A program made the translations under genes and the position numbers. A stretch of DNA of 64,000 nt from an uncultured Actinomycetota bacterium (GTDB lineage: Bacteria; Actinomycetota; Actinomycetes; JAHEKZ01). Location: contig CAWHIJ010000003.1 in the NCBI GenBank assembly GCA_963829525.1, positions 352,001-416,000 on the forward strand. Reading direction: 5' to 3'. The notes beneath the pieces are model-generated. The model was not told where the DNA came from and ran no database searches. It saw nothing but the letters and a program-made list of their open reading frames with translations. This document shows positions 39,217 to 49,356 of the stretch, piece by piece (position 1 is the stretch's first letter; every line of letters starts with the position of its first letter).

Positions 39217-39917
39217 ATGTCTGACATGACCCCGCCGCCACCCCCGCCACCCGCCGCCACCCTGGCTACGGCGCTCCCGCTCCGCAACCCGGCGGAGGTC
39301 AGCTGGATGCGGTGGCCGCCATCAGGTACGGGTGGAACGGTCTGACGAAGAACCTTGGACCGCTGATTCTGATCACCTTGGTGATTGTTGCCGTTCAGCT
39401 CGCATTCTCCATCGTTGGTGGGGCGTTCGATGGCTGGCTGCTGATCATGACCTGGAACATCTTCACCACTATCGTGGGCTTCATCCTTGCCATGGGACTG
39501 ATCCGCGCGTCCCTGTCGGTGGTCGACGGGCGCACACCTGATGTGGGAATGCTGTTTCGCGCTGAGGGCCTCGTGCCTTACGTGATTGCGTCGATCCTGG
39601 TGGGCTTGGCAGTCGGCGTTGGATTGATCCTGTGCATCATCCCCGGTCTCATCGCAGCCTTTCTGTTTGCTTTCTACGGATACGGAATCGTGGACGGGCG
39701 TACCGAGGACGGCATCGAGTCCATGAAGATGTCGTGGAATCTGGTCGCTTCGAACGTTGCCCCCATGCTGCTCCTGTTCCTGATCGTGATTGGGATCAAC
39801 ATCGTTGGCCTCCTCCTTTGCGGCATCGGGCTCCTCTTCACCTATCCGCTGACCGCGGTTGCCTTCGCCTACGCCTGGAGAACCATGAGTGGCGGCACAG
39901 TCGCGCAGATCGCGTAG
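39217..39917 (+). CDS. Integral membrane protein with Pro-rich N-terminus (frameshift in C-rich tract ~39250)
   Basis: ATG 39217 with GAGGAG RBS gives MSDMTPPPPPPP; downstream frame reads PGYGAPAPQPGGGQLDAVAAIRYGW..G.ILCIIPG. Confidence 0.7.
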
Positions 39918-39964
39918 GCGTCGGGTCAGGCAAGGGCGGGCCGCGGTGCGGCGACATCTGGGCG

Positions 39965-40831
39965 ATGACAACTGAGGGTGGCGAAAGTTCTGCGCTCCGC
40001 TACCAGCGGGCGCTGGCGGCTTCCCGTGAGCTGGCGGCCGCTCAGCGTGCTGCCGCAGAGGCCGGAGAACACCGAGTCAGAGCCGAGATAGAGCTCGATA
40101 GACAACTGCGTGCCTTGCGAGAATGCTCCGGCGTTGGTCCAGCGACCTGGTGGCCGCGGCTACGAGGTCTGCTTGCCGACCGGCAGCTCTCCGCAACAGA
40201 AGCGGTCAGGCGGGCACGTGGGGAGGCGGAAGCTGCAGCGCTTACTCACAAGACCGTCGTTGAGCGACTTCTGCTTGTGCAGGCGTGGGCAGATGACCTG
40301 CCCGCGGCACGCGAGACTGCCGCCGCTTCTCTCACTGGGGCAAACGCTGAGCCCGCCAGGGCCCTCCTGTTGGAGGCCGACGAGCTGTCCAAAGCACTCT
40401 TTACGGCACAGTCGGCTCATCTCTTGGCTACTCGGGTCTGCTCCGAGCTGTCGACAGCATCTCGTTGGTCGACGTACGACACCTTCTTGGGGGGAGGGGT
40501 CGCTTCCTCGGGGATGAAGCACCTCTCGATTGACTCGGCCAATCCTTCTTCGCAAGAGCTTGTGAGCCTCTTAGCTGGGTTGCGCACCCAACTGCAGGAT
40601 CTTGGGGCGCCCACGGCCTACTTCGGAGTTCAGATGGACGACAGCGCCGCATCAAGGGATGTATGGGCTGACGACGTCTTCTCGGATTGGGAAATGCACC
40701 AGAGAATCGGGGACTCGAGGAAGCGTGCCACGCGTCTTGTCGTGGGCTTGGATCAACTCATTGCCCGATTGGGTGAGCGCCGCATGACGGTAGTTGCCCG
40801 CTTGGATGCCTTGATCGCGACAGGCGGGTGA
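39965..40831 (+). CDS. Hypothetical coiled-coil protein
   Basis: 288 aa, helical, W.TYDTF.GGG..S..KH and D...D.VFSDW motifs. Confidence 0.65.
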   Translation: MTTEGGESSALRYQRALAASRELAAAQRAAAEAGEHRVRAEIELDRQLRALRECSGVGPATWWPRLRGLLADRQLSATEAVRRARGEAEAAALTHKTVVERLLLVQAWADDLPAARETAAASLTGANAEPARALLLEADELSKALFTAQSAHLLATRVCSELSTASRWSTYDTFLGGGVASSGMKHLSIDSANPSSQELVSLLAGLRTQLQDLGAPTAYFGVQMDDSAASRDVWADDVFSDWEMHQRIGDSRKRATRLVVGLDQLIARLGERRMTVVARLDALIATGG

Positions 40832-40854
40832 TAGCGGGAACGGCTGAGCGGTGA

Positions 40855-41256
40855 CTAGTTGTACTTGGTGACGTCGCGGCCATGCACTGTGAGAGCCCAG
40901 ATAACGAACACAGCGATCGTGATGAAGATGACTCCCCAGATCGGGTACCAGGGCAGCCAGGCGAAGCCGATGAGCGCGCTGACGCCGGCGATGGTCACGG
41001 CGACCGTCCTGGCCCACACCGCACCCTGGAAGAGGGCGAGGCCAGCCAGCAGCACGAGGATCCCAAGTAGGAGGTGGACCCATCCCCAAGTGGTCACGTC
41101 AAACTTGAACACATAGTTGCGCGTGGCGACGAAGAGCTCGTCGCCCAAGATGCCGACGAGGCCGGCCATGAACCAGAAGGTGCCAAGCAGCAGCATCATG
41201 ATCCCGGCGAACCAAGTCCAGCCGACTGCTGCCTCGCTTCGGTGCTCTCCAGTCAC
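40855..41256 (-). CDS. DUF7144-type four-TM membrane protein
   Basis: GW..FAG.MM...G, D.T.WGW.HL..G, LP.YP.W; paralog of 61906-62307. Confidence 0.75.
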   Translation of the reverse strand: MTGEHRSEAAVGWTWFAGIMMLLLGTFWFMAGLVGILGDELFVATRNYVFKFDVTTWGWVHLLLGILVLLAGLALFQGAVWARTVAVTIAGVSALIGFAWLPWYPIWGVIFITIAVFVIWALTVHGRDVTKYN

Positions 41257-41323
41257 TTGGCTCTCCGATCATCTGCGGCATGTGCCCCAACAGGCCGCCG
41301 CTCGCGGCTTCTCGACGATGACT

Positions 41324-42106
41324 TTACTCGTCGTACCCCGGCGCCACCCGGTCGACGAGCCGAAGCAGGGCAGCCCATGCCAGCGCTATCGCCTCTGGGT
41401 CTCCGTAGTCGCCAACGACGGTCCCCTCGTACTGCTTTGCGGTGTATTCGCACACCTCCTGTGGAGGAAGCCGAAGTTTGCCCGCCGCTGCAGCCGCGAT
41501 CTGTATGTCGCAAGCCTTGTCCAGATAGAACATGCGGAGGAAAGCCTGGGCCGCAGTCTGACCAACCGTAAGGAGACCGTGGTTGCGAAGTATGAGGGCG
41601 TTGCCCTCGCCGAGGTCGGCCGCCAGCCGCTTCTGTTCGTCGAGATTGAGAGCTATGCCTTCGTAGTCGTGGTAAGTGACTCGGTCGTAGAACTCCAGAG
41701 ACATCTGGTTGACCGGGAGCAAACCCTCCTCAAGAGCGGCAACGGCACAGCCGGCGCGTGAGTGGGTGTGCAGGACGCAGCGGGCATCTTCGCGAGCCCG
41801 GTGAATTGCGGAGTGGATGACAAAACCAGCGGGGTTGACGCGCGCGCCAGGACTATCAACGGGGTTCCCATCGAGATCGACGCGGACCAACGAAGATGCG
41901 GTGATCTCTTCGAAAAGAAGCCCGTACGGGTTGATCAAGAAGTGGTGGTCGGGCCCAGGGAGCCGCAGCGAGATGTGAGTGAAGATCAAGTCGGTCATCC
42001 GAAAATGGGCGACCAGGCGGTAGACGGCGGCAAGTTCTCGCCGAAGCTGCCGTTCATCTGGGTCTGCGGACGTAGTGACGGACGAGTCAGAGGCAGTAGC
42101 TGTCAT
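41324..42106 (-). CDS. Class II aldolase/adducin family protein
   Basis: THIS.R, FLINPYG, AGFVIHSAIH, HTHS, LRNHG. Confidence 0.9.
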   Translation of the reverse strand: MTATASDSSVTTSADPDERQLRRELAAVYRLVAHFRMTDLIFTHISLRLPGPDHHFLINPYGLLFEEITASSLVRVDLDGNPVDSPGARVNPAGFVIHSAIHRAREDARCVLHTHSRAGCAVAALEEGLLPVNQMSLEFYDRVTYHDYEGIALNLDEQKRLAADLGEGNALILRNHGLLTVGQTAAQAFLRMFYLDKACDIQIAAAAAGKLRLPPQEVCEYTAKQYEGTVVGDYGDPEAIALAWAALLRLVDRVAPGYDE

Positions 42107-42249
42107 TGCGTCATGGTGCGCCAGGCAGGGTGTCAGCGCAACGGGTAGCGACTCGGAGCAAGCAATGCAAGGTCACCTTTCGGTCGCAAGCATTGACATC
42201 AGATTCAGGCGAGGAGTAGGCAGGGGGCCAACCAACCCGAGGGGACGCC

Positions 42250-43413
42250 GTGAACGGACCGATCGAGAACGCGCTCAGCCGCCGTAAGTTCCTTGGTGGC
42301 GCAGTGATGCTGGGCGGTGCCACCATCTTGACTGGGTGCGGAAGCCCGGCAGTCGAAGAGACACCAGACGCGGGGGCGTCCCGACCACCGATGGAGCAGG
42401 AGCCGGGAGAGCTGTCGATTCTGGAGTGGGGTGGCTACGAGGCCGGGGGAACGAAGGCACAGGCATACGGCCTTGTCGCGGGGACGGACTACACCGACAA
42501 GTTCGGTGGTAACTCGATCAGCTACACGTACATCAACAACGACGACCAGGCGCTGCAGAAGGCCACGGCGAGCAACACGTTCGACCTCATGCACCCGTGC
42601 GTCGAGGATCTTCCCGACTACGTCTCAAGGGGGCTGGTCCAACCCTTCGACCCGGAGCTGCTCGCGAGTTTCGGGGAGCTCAATCCGTTCCTTCTCGAGG
42701 CGGGACAGATTGACGGCAAGCAGTACATGATTCCGTGGGACTGGGGCTACGGGAGCCTGCTCTACCGCAAGGACAGGGTGGATGAGGCCGATGCGACCGG
42801 CTGGGAGCTCGCCTGGAACGAGAAGTACGCGGACAAGATCTCGCTCTGGGGTGGTGCGTCGACCAACTTCGAGATCGCCGGGCTGCTCCTGGGCTTCCCG
42901 GACATCGATGACCCGAGCCCAGATGAGATCGAGCAAGCCAAGCAGAAGCTGATCGAGCAAAAACCACTCAACAAGTTCTACTGGGACAACGAGTACGGCC
43001 AGATGCGGCCGGCCTTCAAGTCAGGAACGATAGACATCGCCTACTCGTGGCAGGCCGCCTACGCGTCCTTCGCCGACAAGGGGATGGACGTCGGATACAT
43101 GGAGCCATCTCAGGGACGGCTGTCGTGGCTTTGTGGGTTCCTCCTTGGGTCAACAACCGAGAACTACTACCACGCACATGATTACGTTGAGTCCTTCATC
43201 AACCGCAAAGCTTCCGAGGACTTGGTCAACCTGTACTCGTACGGGGCAGCCAACACGTCGATCGACATCAACAAGATCGAGAACCAGGCGCTCGTCGACT
43301 CGCTGAAACTTGACGATCCAGCGGCGATCTCCAGCGATGACGTCCATCTTCAGACGTGGATGCCGAACTCGGCGGCCATCGACACTGCCTGGCAGGAGGT
43401 TGTGGCCTCCTGA
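42250..43413 (+). CDS. Polyamine-type ABC substrate-binding lipoprotein (Tat signal)
   Basis: SRRKFL Tat motif, LTGC lipobox, PotD/PotF-like IP..WG. Confidence 0.85.
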   Translation: MNGPIENALSRRKFLGGAVMLGGATILTGCGSPAVEETPDAGASRPPMEQEPGELSILEWGGYEAGGTKAQAYGLVAGTDYTDKFGGNSISYTYINNDDQALQKATASNTFDLMHPCVEDLPDYVSRGLVQPFDPELLASFGELNPFLLEAGQIDGKQYMIPWDWGYGSLLYRKDRVDEADATGWELAWNEKYADKISLWGGASTNFEIAGLLLGFPDIDDPSPDEIEQAKQKLIEQKPLNKFYWDNEYGQMRPAFKSGTIDIAYSWQAAYASFADKGMDVGYMEPSQGRLSWLCGFLLGSTTENYYHAHDYVESFINRKASEDLVNLYSYGAANTSIDINKIENQALVDSLKLDDPAAISSDDVHLQTWMPNSAAIDTAWQEVVAS

Positions 43414-43430
43414 CCGGTCAGGAAGCGACC

Positions 43431-44339
43431 CTGGAACGGTCGCCAACCAAGACGTCTGATCGGCGCTGGCGCCCAGGGCGGGGCTATCTTGTCCTCCCCC
43501 CGCTCCTCTTTGTCGCCCTGCTGATCTTCGCGCCGATCATCTACATTGCCCTGTTCAGCGTTGGGCTGAGGTCGAATGTCCCGGGGGCCCAGGTCGCCTT
43601 CTCCCTCGACAACTGGGACAGCTTCCTCTTCGGCGAGAACAATCCTTTCCGGGCCCGGTTCTTCTACTCGATGCGGGTGGCACTTCTCGTCTCGATCGTG
43701 ACAACAGCAGCTGCCTACCCACTTGCGTACTTCCTCTCCTTTGTCGCTCGCGAACGCCGCTACACGCTCCTCCTGTTGCTGCTTGCTCCGTTCTTCACCA
43801 GCTATCTCCTCCGGGTTCTGGCGTGGCAGATCATGCTGAACGACGAGGGAGTGGTTACCTGGGGGGCGCGAGCGATCGGTCTGATTCCAGATGACGGCAA
43901 CATATCGTGGCTCATCTACTCCACGTTCTCAGTTTCGCTCGTCCTCTTCTACACGTGGGTTCCCTTTGTCACCCTGCCGATCTTCGCCGTGCTTGAGAAC
44001 ATGGATCACCGGCTGTTGGAGGCGGCCCAGGACCTGGGTGCCAGTAGGTGGACGACCTTCTGGAGGGTCACCTTCCCCCTCAGCTTGCCGGGCGTGATCG
44101 CCGGATTTGTGTTCGTGCTCATTCCGACGACGGGTGAGTTCATCACCCCTCTGTTCGTCGGCGGCTCAGACAACCAGCTGTTTGGAAACTCCATCCAAGC
44201 CTTCTTCGGTACGACGAACTGGAATCTCGGCTCCGTGCTCGCCATGGCACTGATCATCACCGTTGTGATTTTGATGCTTGTCTTTGGTCGATTTCTCAAC
44301 ACCGACCTACGTGCCACCGCCGGTGGTGATGAGGCATGA
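43431..44339 (+). CDS. ABC transporter permease (PotB-like); start uncertain
   Basis: YPLAY, PF.TSYL.R, EAA.DLGA motif; possible CTG start at 43431 or GTG at 43356. Confidence 0.85.
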   Translation: MERSPTKTSDRRWRPGRGYLVLPPLLFVALLIFAPIIYIALFSVGLRSNVPGAQVAFSLDNWDSFLFGENNPFRARFFYSMRVALLVSIVTTAAAYPLAYFLSFVARERRYTLLLLLLAPFFTSYLLRVLAWQIMLNDEGVVTWGARAIGLIPDDGNISWLIYSTFSVSLVLFYTWVPFVTLPIFAVLENMDHRLLEAAQDLGASRWTTFWRVTFPLSLPGVIAGFVFVLIPTTGEFITPLFVGGSDNQLFGNSIQAFFGTTNWNLGSVLAMALIITVVILMLVFGRFLNTDLRATAGGDEA

Positions 44340-45211
44340 GGTCGGGCGGGGTGGTCGTCAAGGTTCTTCTCTCGGCTTACTTCTGGCTCTTTCTCGCCTT
44401 CCTGCTCGTACCTCTGGTGGTCTTGGTCGTATTTGCATTCGATAACAGCACGACGGCGACACTCCCACTGGAGGGGCTGACCACAAGCTGGTTCTCGGAG
44501 GCATTCACCAACGGCCAGTTGACAAGGGCCTTGGCTCGAAGTGCGACGATTGCCGTCGTCGCGGCCATCATCGCGACAGTTCTCGGTCTCATGGCCTCTG
44601 TCGGACTCACCTCGGATCGGCTGCGGTTGCGATCCCTGACTGTCGCTTCCCTCATGCTTCCTCTCGTTGTGCCCTACATCTCCCTTGCGGTTGGTCTGGT
44701 CATCCTGCTGCAGGCGATGGCGGTGCAGACATCACTCACCGCGGTGGTCCTTGGTCATGTGGTGATCGCACTGCCCTTTGCGATCCTCGTTCTGCTTCCG
44801 CGGCTGCGCACTCTTGACCCGTCCATGAACGAAGCAGCTCGAGATCTTGGTGCTTCGGACTTGACGGCCTTCGGACGCATCACCTTGCCCCTCCTGGGTC
44901 CGGCGCTTGTCTCGAGCTTTCTGATCAGCTTTGTGACGTCGTTCGACGAGTTCGCGATCGCCTCCTTCCTTGCCCCATCGGGTCAGCCGACGTATCCGGT
45001 CTTTCTATATGCCAGTTCTCGCACCCCCGCGCTGCTCCCGCAGGTCATCGCGATCGGGACGCTCGTGATCGCCTTCTCGTTGGCCCTGGTGCTGATGGCC
45101 GAAGGTGGTCGGCGCTGGGCTGAGAAGCGACTGGTTGGCGATGTGGAGTTCGCTGATGAGGTAGCAGAAGAGAACTTGGCGGAAGGACTGGTAATGGTGG
45201 CGAAGTCATGA
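44336..45211 (+). CDS. ABC transporter permease (PotC-like)
   Basis: EAARDLGA, SFDEF. Confidence 0.88.
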   Translation: MRSGGVVVKVLLSAYFWLFLAFLLVPLVVLVVFAFDNSTTATLPLEGLTTSWFSEAFTNGQLTRALARSATIAVVAAIIATVLGLMASVGLTSDRLRLRSLTVASLMLPLVVPYISLAVGLVILLQAMAVQTSLTAVVLGHVVIALPFAILVLLPRLRTLDPSMNEAARDLGASDLTAFGRITLPLLGPALVSSFLISFVTSFDEFAIASFLAPSGQPTYPVFLYASSRTPALLPQVIAIGTLVIAFSLALVLMAEGGRRWAEKRLVGDVEFADEVAEENLAEGLVMVAKS

Positions 45212-45263
45212 CGGACCGGATCAGCCACGAGGGTGTTGAGCAGCGTCAGAGAGAGGAGGGGGC

Positions 45264-46394
45264 ATGTCCGGAGGACAGATAGAGCTCGTTGGCCTCACCA
45301 AGCGATTCGGCAACTTCACCGCGGTGGATGGGATCGACCTGGACATTCCAGCCGGTGAGTTCTTCTCGCTCCTGGGACCCTCCGGCTGCGGAAAGACGAC
45401 GACACTACGAATGGTCGCTGGGTTCGAAGAACCCGATGCGGGTGAAGTTCGTCTTGACGGTCACGACATGTCGAGGACGTCACCTGCGAAGCGACCCGTC
45501 AACACCGTGTTCCAAAGCTACGCACTCTTTCCACATCTGCGGATCAGCGACAACGTTGCCTTTGGTCTGCGCCGCCAGAAGGTCTCACGCAGTGAGGTGC
45601 GGAGCCGCGTCAGTGAGGCGCTTGAGCTCGTACAACTGAGTCAGTACGCCAACCGCAAGCCGAACCAACTGTCGGGAGGTCAGCAGCAACGGGTAGCTCT
45701 AGCGCGTGCGCTGGTGCTCAGGCCATCGGTGCTGCTTCTCGACGAGCCGTTAGGTGCACTCGATGCGAAGCTGCGTAGGCAGCTTCAGGTCGAGTTGAAG
45801 CAACTGCAGGAGCAGGTGGGAATCACTTTTCTCTACGTCACTCATGACCAAGAAGAGGCACTCACCATGAGTGACCGGCTCGCTGTGATGAACTCCGGCC
45901 GGGTCGAGCAATCGGGGCGACCGCGCGACATGTACGAAGAACCTGAGACGGCCTACGTCGCGGACTTCCTGGGCGTCTCCAACTTGATGAAGGCAAGGAT
46001 CACCGACGGACCGGGATCTCGTTCGGCGGTGCTCCTTGGCGACGATTTCACACTGACAGCCGGAGCCGGAGACCTGGCGCTGCGCGGCGAAGCGACAGTG
46101 ACGATACGCCCGGAACGGGTGGTGTTGGAGCAGGCGGGAGTGTCGGGCGAGAACCGTATACCCGGGATGGTCACGCGGACGGTCTACCTTGGAGCGTCGC
46201 AGCAGGTGCATGTTCAGATGGCGTCGGAGCACACTTTGATGGTGCTGTCTTCGCACCAGGGTGACGAGCCCGCGGCCCAGCTTCCGCCGGGCACGGCGGT
46301 CACGTGCTACTTGCCAGCGGCCGCCGTTCGGGTGCTTCGACCGTCGTCCGGGTCGGCCCCTTTGCAGTCGAAGTCTGCCGTCGCGACTAAATGA
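45264..46394 (+). CDS. ABC transporter ATP-binding protein (PotA-like)
   Basis: GPSGCGKT, LSGGQQQR, LLLDEP, VTHDQEEA, C-terminal TOBE. Confidence 0.92.
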   Translation: MSGGQIELVGLTKRFGNFTAVDGIDLDIPAGEFFSLLGPSGCGKTTTLRMVAGFEEPDAGEVRLDGHDMSRTSPAKRPVNTVFQSYALFPHLRISDNVAFGLRRQKVSRSEVRSRVSEALELVQLSQYANRKPNQLSGGQQQRVALARALVLRPSVLLLDEPLGALDAKLRRQLQVELKQLQEQVGITFLYVTHDQEEALTMSDRLAVMNSGRVEQSGRPRDMYEEPETAYVADFLGVSNLMKARITDGPGSRSAVLLGDDFTLTAGAGDLALRGEATVTIRPERVVLEQAGVSGENRIPGMVTRTVYLGASQQVHVQMASEHTLMVLSSHQGDEPAAQLPPGTAVTCYLPAAAVRVLRPSSGSAPLQSKSAVATK

Positions 46395-47008
46395 ACGCGC
46401 GGTTTGTGTCACGAGGTGCGGTATCCGCCGTCCTCGCCGGCACGCTTACGCTGCTCTCCGGCTGCGCAGCCGAGCAGGCTGATCCGCGCACAACTGTCGC
46501 TGAGACGCTCAGCCCTGGTGCACAACAGGGTCTGCTAAGACTCGCTGTGAGTGCAGAGCAGCTGCCACCGTTGCGAAGAACGACAGATGTGCTTTCCGCC
46601 GATGATGTCGCGGCTCAGGCAACCCTTCCCGACCTGGCCCAGACGCTCGAAACAACTGGGTATGTGGGTGGGGTCAAAGTCGAGTATCGCGGTGACTCCC
46701 GGCGGCTCACCGGCGTAGAAAGTCAGGTCCTCGCATTCTCGTCCGAAGAGGGGGCGGCAGAGTTTGTTGACTACCTGACGCGGAATGCGGGCAGCTTCTT
46801 CGGCGATCCCATCAAGGTGAAACCCGTGGTCATCGCCGGCCGAGGTGGTTGGCGCATTGACCCTCCACTGTGCGGTTGTGCCGGTGCTCAACCACTCAGT
46901 GCGGGCACTCTACGCATCGGGACGAGAGTCATCGTCCTCCAGATCACCGGCCCGAAAGCAGACCCGAGGACGGTGCGGACGCTCCTGTCGACATCTCTTG
47001 ATGCCTAG
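46391..47008 (+). CDS. Hypothetical lipoprotein
   Basis: LSGC lipobox after a signal peptide; coupled to the ATPase gene. Confidence 0.65.
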   Translation: MNARFVSRGAVSAVLAGTLTLLSGCAAEQADPRTTVAETLSPGAQQGLLRLAVSAEQLPPLRRTTDVLSADDVAAQATLPDLAQTLETTGYVGGVKVEYRGDSRRLTGVESQVLAFSSEEGAAEFVDYLTRNAGSFFGDPIKVKPVVIAGRGGWRIDPPLCGCAGAQPLSAGTLRIGTRVIVLQITGPKADPRTVRTLLSTSLDA

Positions 47009-47016
47009 CGAGGATT

Positions 47017-47036
47017 GATGCTCCTTCGGGAGCATC
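47017..47036. terminator. Hairpin with cUUCGg loop between convergent genes
   Basis: GATGCTCC-TTCG-GGAGCATC. Confidence 0.6.
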
Positions 47037-47039
47037 GGG

Positions 47040-47927
47040 TCAACTGATGGACGCTTGGTAGATGCTCTCGATCGACGACCCCAGGGTCTTGTTGAACTCG
47101 TCGTCACTTTGCTGAGCGGACAGACCCTCTGTGAGTGCCCGCGAGAAACTGGCGATGACGCCGTGGTTCTTGGCCAGCAACGAGTTGGCGTCCTCGCGGG
47201 AGTAACCGCCAGAGAGGGCGACCACTCGGACCACACGTGGATGGTCGACAAGGTCGGCGTAGAAGTCAGGCGTGCTCGGTAGCGTGAGCTTCAACATGAC
47301 ATTCTGCTCCTCCGCGAGCCCGTCAAGCTGGGAGGCGATCGCCGTCTTGAGGAGCTGCTCAGCCTCGGCCTTCTGAGGGCTGTGAATGTCCACCTCAGGC
47401 TCGATGATGGGAACGAGTCCAGCAGCGAGGATCTGACGGCCGACCTCAAACTGTTGGTCGACAAGTGCGCTGACACCTGCTGCATCGGCGAGCTTGACGA
47501 CCGAACGCATCTTGGTGCCGAACACCGCGTGAGACAACGACTTCTGTAGGAGGGCGTCCAGCTCTGGCATCGGTTTCATCAGCTGAACACCGTTGGCCTC
47601 ATCCGCCAGTCCTTTGTCGACCTTGATGAACGGGACGACGGCCTTCTTGTTCCAGAGGTACTCGGCTGACCCCATGCCCTCGACCTGGCGATCCATGGTC
47701 ATTTCGAACAGGATCGCGCCAAGAACGCGCTCTCCGGTGAAGGCCGGGCTAGTAATGATTCGACTGCGCATCTGGTGCATGAGGTCGAACATCTCACCGT
47801 CTCCGGAGTACTCAGACGCCTCGATGCCGTAGAGCTTGAGAGCCTTCGGCGTGCTCCCACCGCTCTGATCGAGTGCCGCGATGAAGCCGTTGCCGCTCTT
47901 CATCTTCTGGAGCATCTGGTCGTTCAC
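47040..47927 (-). CDS. fda: Fructose-bisphosphate aldolase class I (bacterial type)
   Basis: [49 protein letters not shown]; GGAGG RBS before GTG 47927. Confidence 0.92.
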   Translation of the reverse strand: MNDQMLQKMKSGNGFIAALDQSGGSTPKALKLYGIEASEYSGDGEMFDLMHQMRSRIITSPAFTGERVLGAILFEMTMDRQVEGMGSAEYLWNKKAVVPFIKVDKGLADEANGVQLMKPMPELDALLQKSLSHAVFGTKMRSVVKLADAAGVSALVDQQFEVGRQILAAGLVPIIEPEVDIHSPQKAEAEQLLKTAIASQLDGLAEEQNVMLKLTLPSTPDFYADLVDHPRVVRVVALSGGYSREDANSLLAKNHGVIASFSRALTEGLSAQQSDDEFNKTLGSSIESIYQASIS

Positions 47928-48082
47928 CGTCGGCCTCCGTTGTTGCTCTTCGTTGGGCACCCCACTTACGACCTTATCGAGGGTCAGCGGGAAGGGGGAG
48001 CCACGGTCACTCCCAGTGGTCCAGTGTCTCAGAAAGTGATGTCACCCAGGTGCCCACCTCAAAGGAGCGGGGTTTCCGTCAC

Positions 48083-48505
48083 CTACGGGGTGAGAGCGCC
48101 CCGGATGGAGTCGATCGCTGTCTTTTCTGCCGCTTCGCCTTCTGGCGCAGCGTCAGATACCCGCTGTGCGAGTGCCAAGACCAGCTCGCGGTACTCGACC
48201 AGGTCATCTGGGTCTTTGCTGGTCAGGATCTCGACCGACGAGCGAAGGGCGGCCAGCGCACCATCTTGCAGTTCGTCAGTTGACGAACTGACCTTCCATC
48301 CGCTGCCGTGGGTGCCGGCAAGTTCTCGGACCAGCTGACTGGTGCCTTCTTGTGACTGCGTGGCCAAGAACTTCGCCAGGGCCCCTGTCTCCTTGAACGT
48401 GGAGGTGAAGCCACGTTCGCTGATCGAGACCAGCATGCCCGCACCAGTCAGACCCCTGTGCAGAGTGTTCCACTCGTCCTCGGTGAAGTCGGTCTTGGTG
48501 GCCAT
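48083..48505 (-). CDS. Conserved hypothetical protein
   Basis: MATKTDFTEDEW..., AAGGAG RBS, helical. Confidence 0.7.
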   Translation of the reverse strand: MATKTDFTEDEWNTLHRGLTGAGMLVSISERGFTSTFKETGALAKFLATQSQEGTSQLVRELAGTHGSGWKVSSSTDELQDGALAALRSSVEILTSKDPDDLVEYRELVLALAQRVSDAAPEGEAAEKTAIDSIRGALTP

Positions 48506-48655
48506 CAATACTCCTTGCGTTCTGGGTGAGTTCGAGGTGGGAGCCGGGTGCGTTTTCTTGTCTTCGGGACGGCGCGCGCGAACGGCGTCCGTCCCGGCAC
48601 TGTTGATTTGCACTGTACCCAACCACTCCCGGAGGGGTGGGGTGATCTTCTGGAG

Positions 48656-48682
48656 CCGTTCAGCTGATGTTCAACTGAACGG
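48656..48682. promoter_or_regulatory. 12-3-12 inverted repeat upstream of arsC (possible ArsR/SmtB-type operator)
   Basis: CCGTTCAGCTGA-TGT-TCAACTGAACGG, one mismatch. Confidence 0.4.
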
Positions 48683-48735
48683 TGACCGGGGGCAGAGACA
48701 CTTGAGCCAGATCACTTGATGCGGAGGAGACGCCG

Positions 48736-49176
48736 ATGAACGACAAAGCCGACGGAGGGCAGCCGGATGTGCCGACGGTGCTGTTCCTCTGCGTCCACAA
48801 CGCCGGCCGGTCGCAGATGGCGATGGGGTTCTTCCACCACTACGCCGGTGATCGGGCAGCGGTTTGGTCCGGGGGGTCGGAGCCAGCCAGCGAAGTGAAC
48901 CCATCGGCGGTGACGGCGATGGCTGAGGTCGGAATCGACATCACGGCTGCGACACCGCAGCTATGGACTGACGACATTGTTCGCGCGGCTGACGTCGTGG
49001 TCACCATGGGGTGTGGAGACACATGTCCTGTGTTTCCCGGCAAGCGCTACCTCGACTGGGTCCTGGACGACCCCGCAGGCCAGGGAGTTGACGCCGTCCG
49101 GCCCATCCGCGATGAGATCGAACTCCGAGTGCGAGCGTTACTGGCTGAACTGGGGATCTCCGCCGCGATGTCCTAG
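48736..49176 (+). CDS. arsC: Arsenate reductase ArsC (LMW-PTP fold)
   Basis: CVHNAGRSQM, TMGCGDTCP, DW.L.DP. Confidence 0.9.
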   Translation: MNDKADGGQPDVPTVLFLCVHNAGRSQMAMGFFHHYAGDRAAVWSGGSEPASEVNPSAVTAMAEVGIDITAATPQLWTDDIVRAADVVVTMGCGDTCPVFPGKRYLDWVLDDPAGQGVDAVRPIRDEIELRVRALLAELGISAAMS

Positions 49177-49356
49177 AACCGGGCGCAGAGCCTTGCGGCG
49201 ACGCCGTCGCAACTTCGTGGCAGTAGCTGACCACCCCGGCGATCCACTCGCGAAGCCCGCTATGTTCGGCCGATTGTGGGTCCGCCCCTTGCTCGACGGC
49301 AGAGTGACGTCGAAAGTGGCACGTAGGCCCTCAGCAATCGCGGCTAGAGTCCCCGT

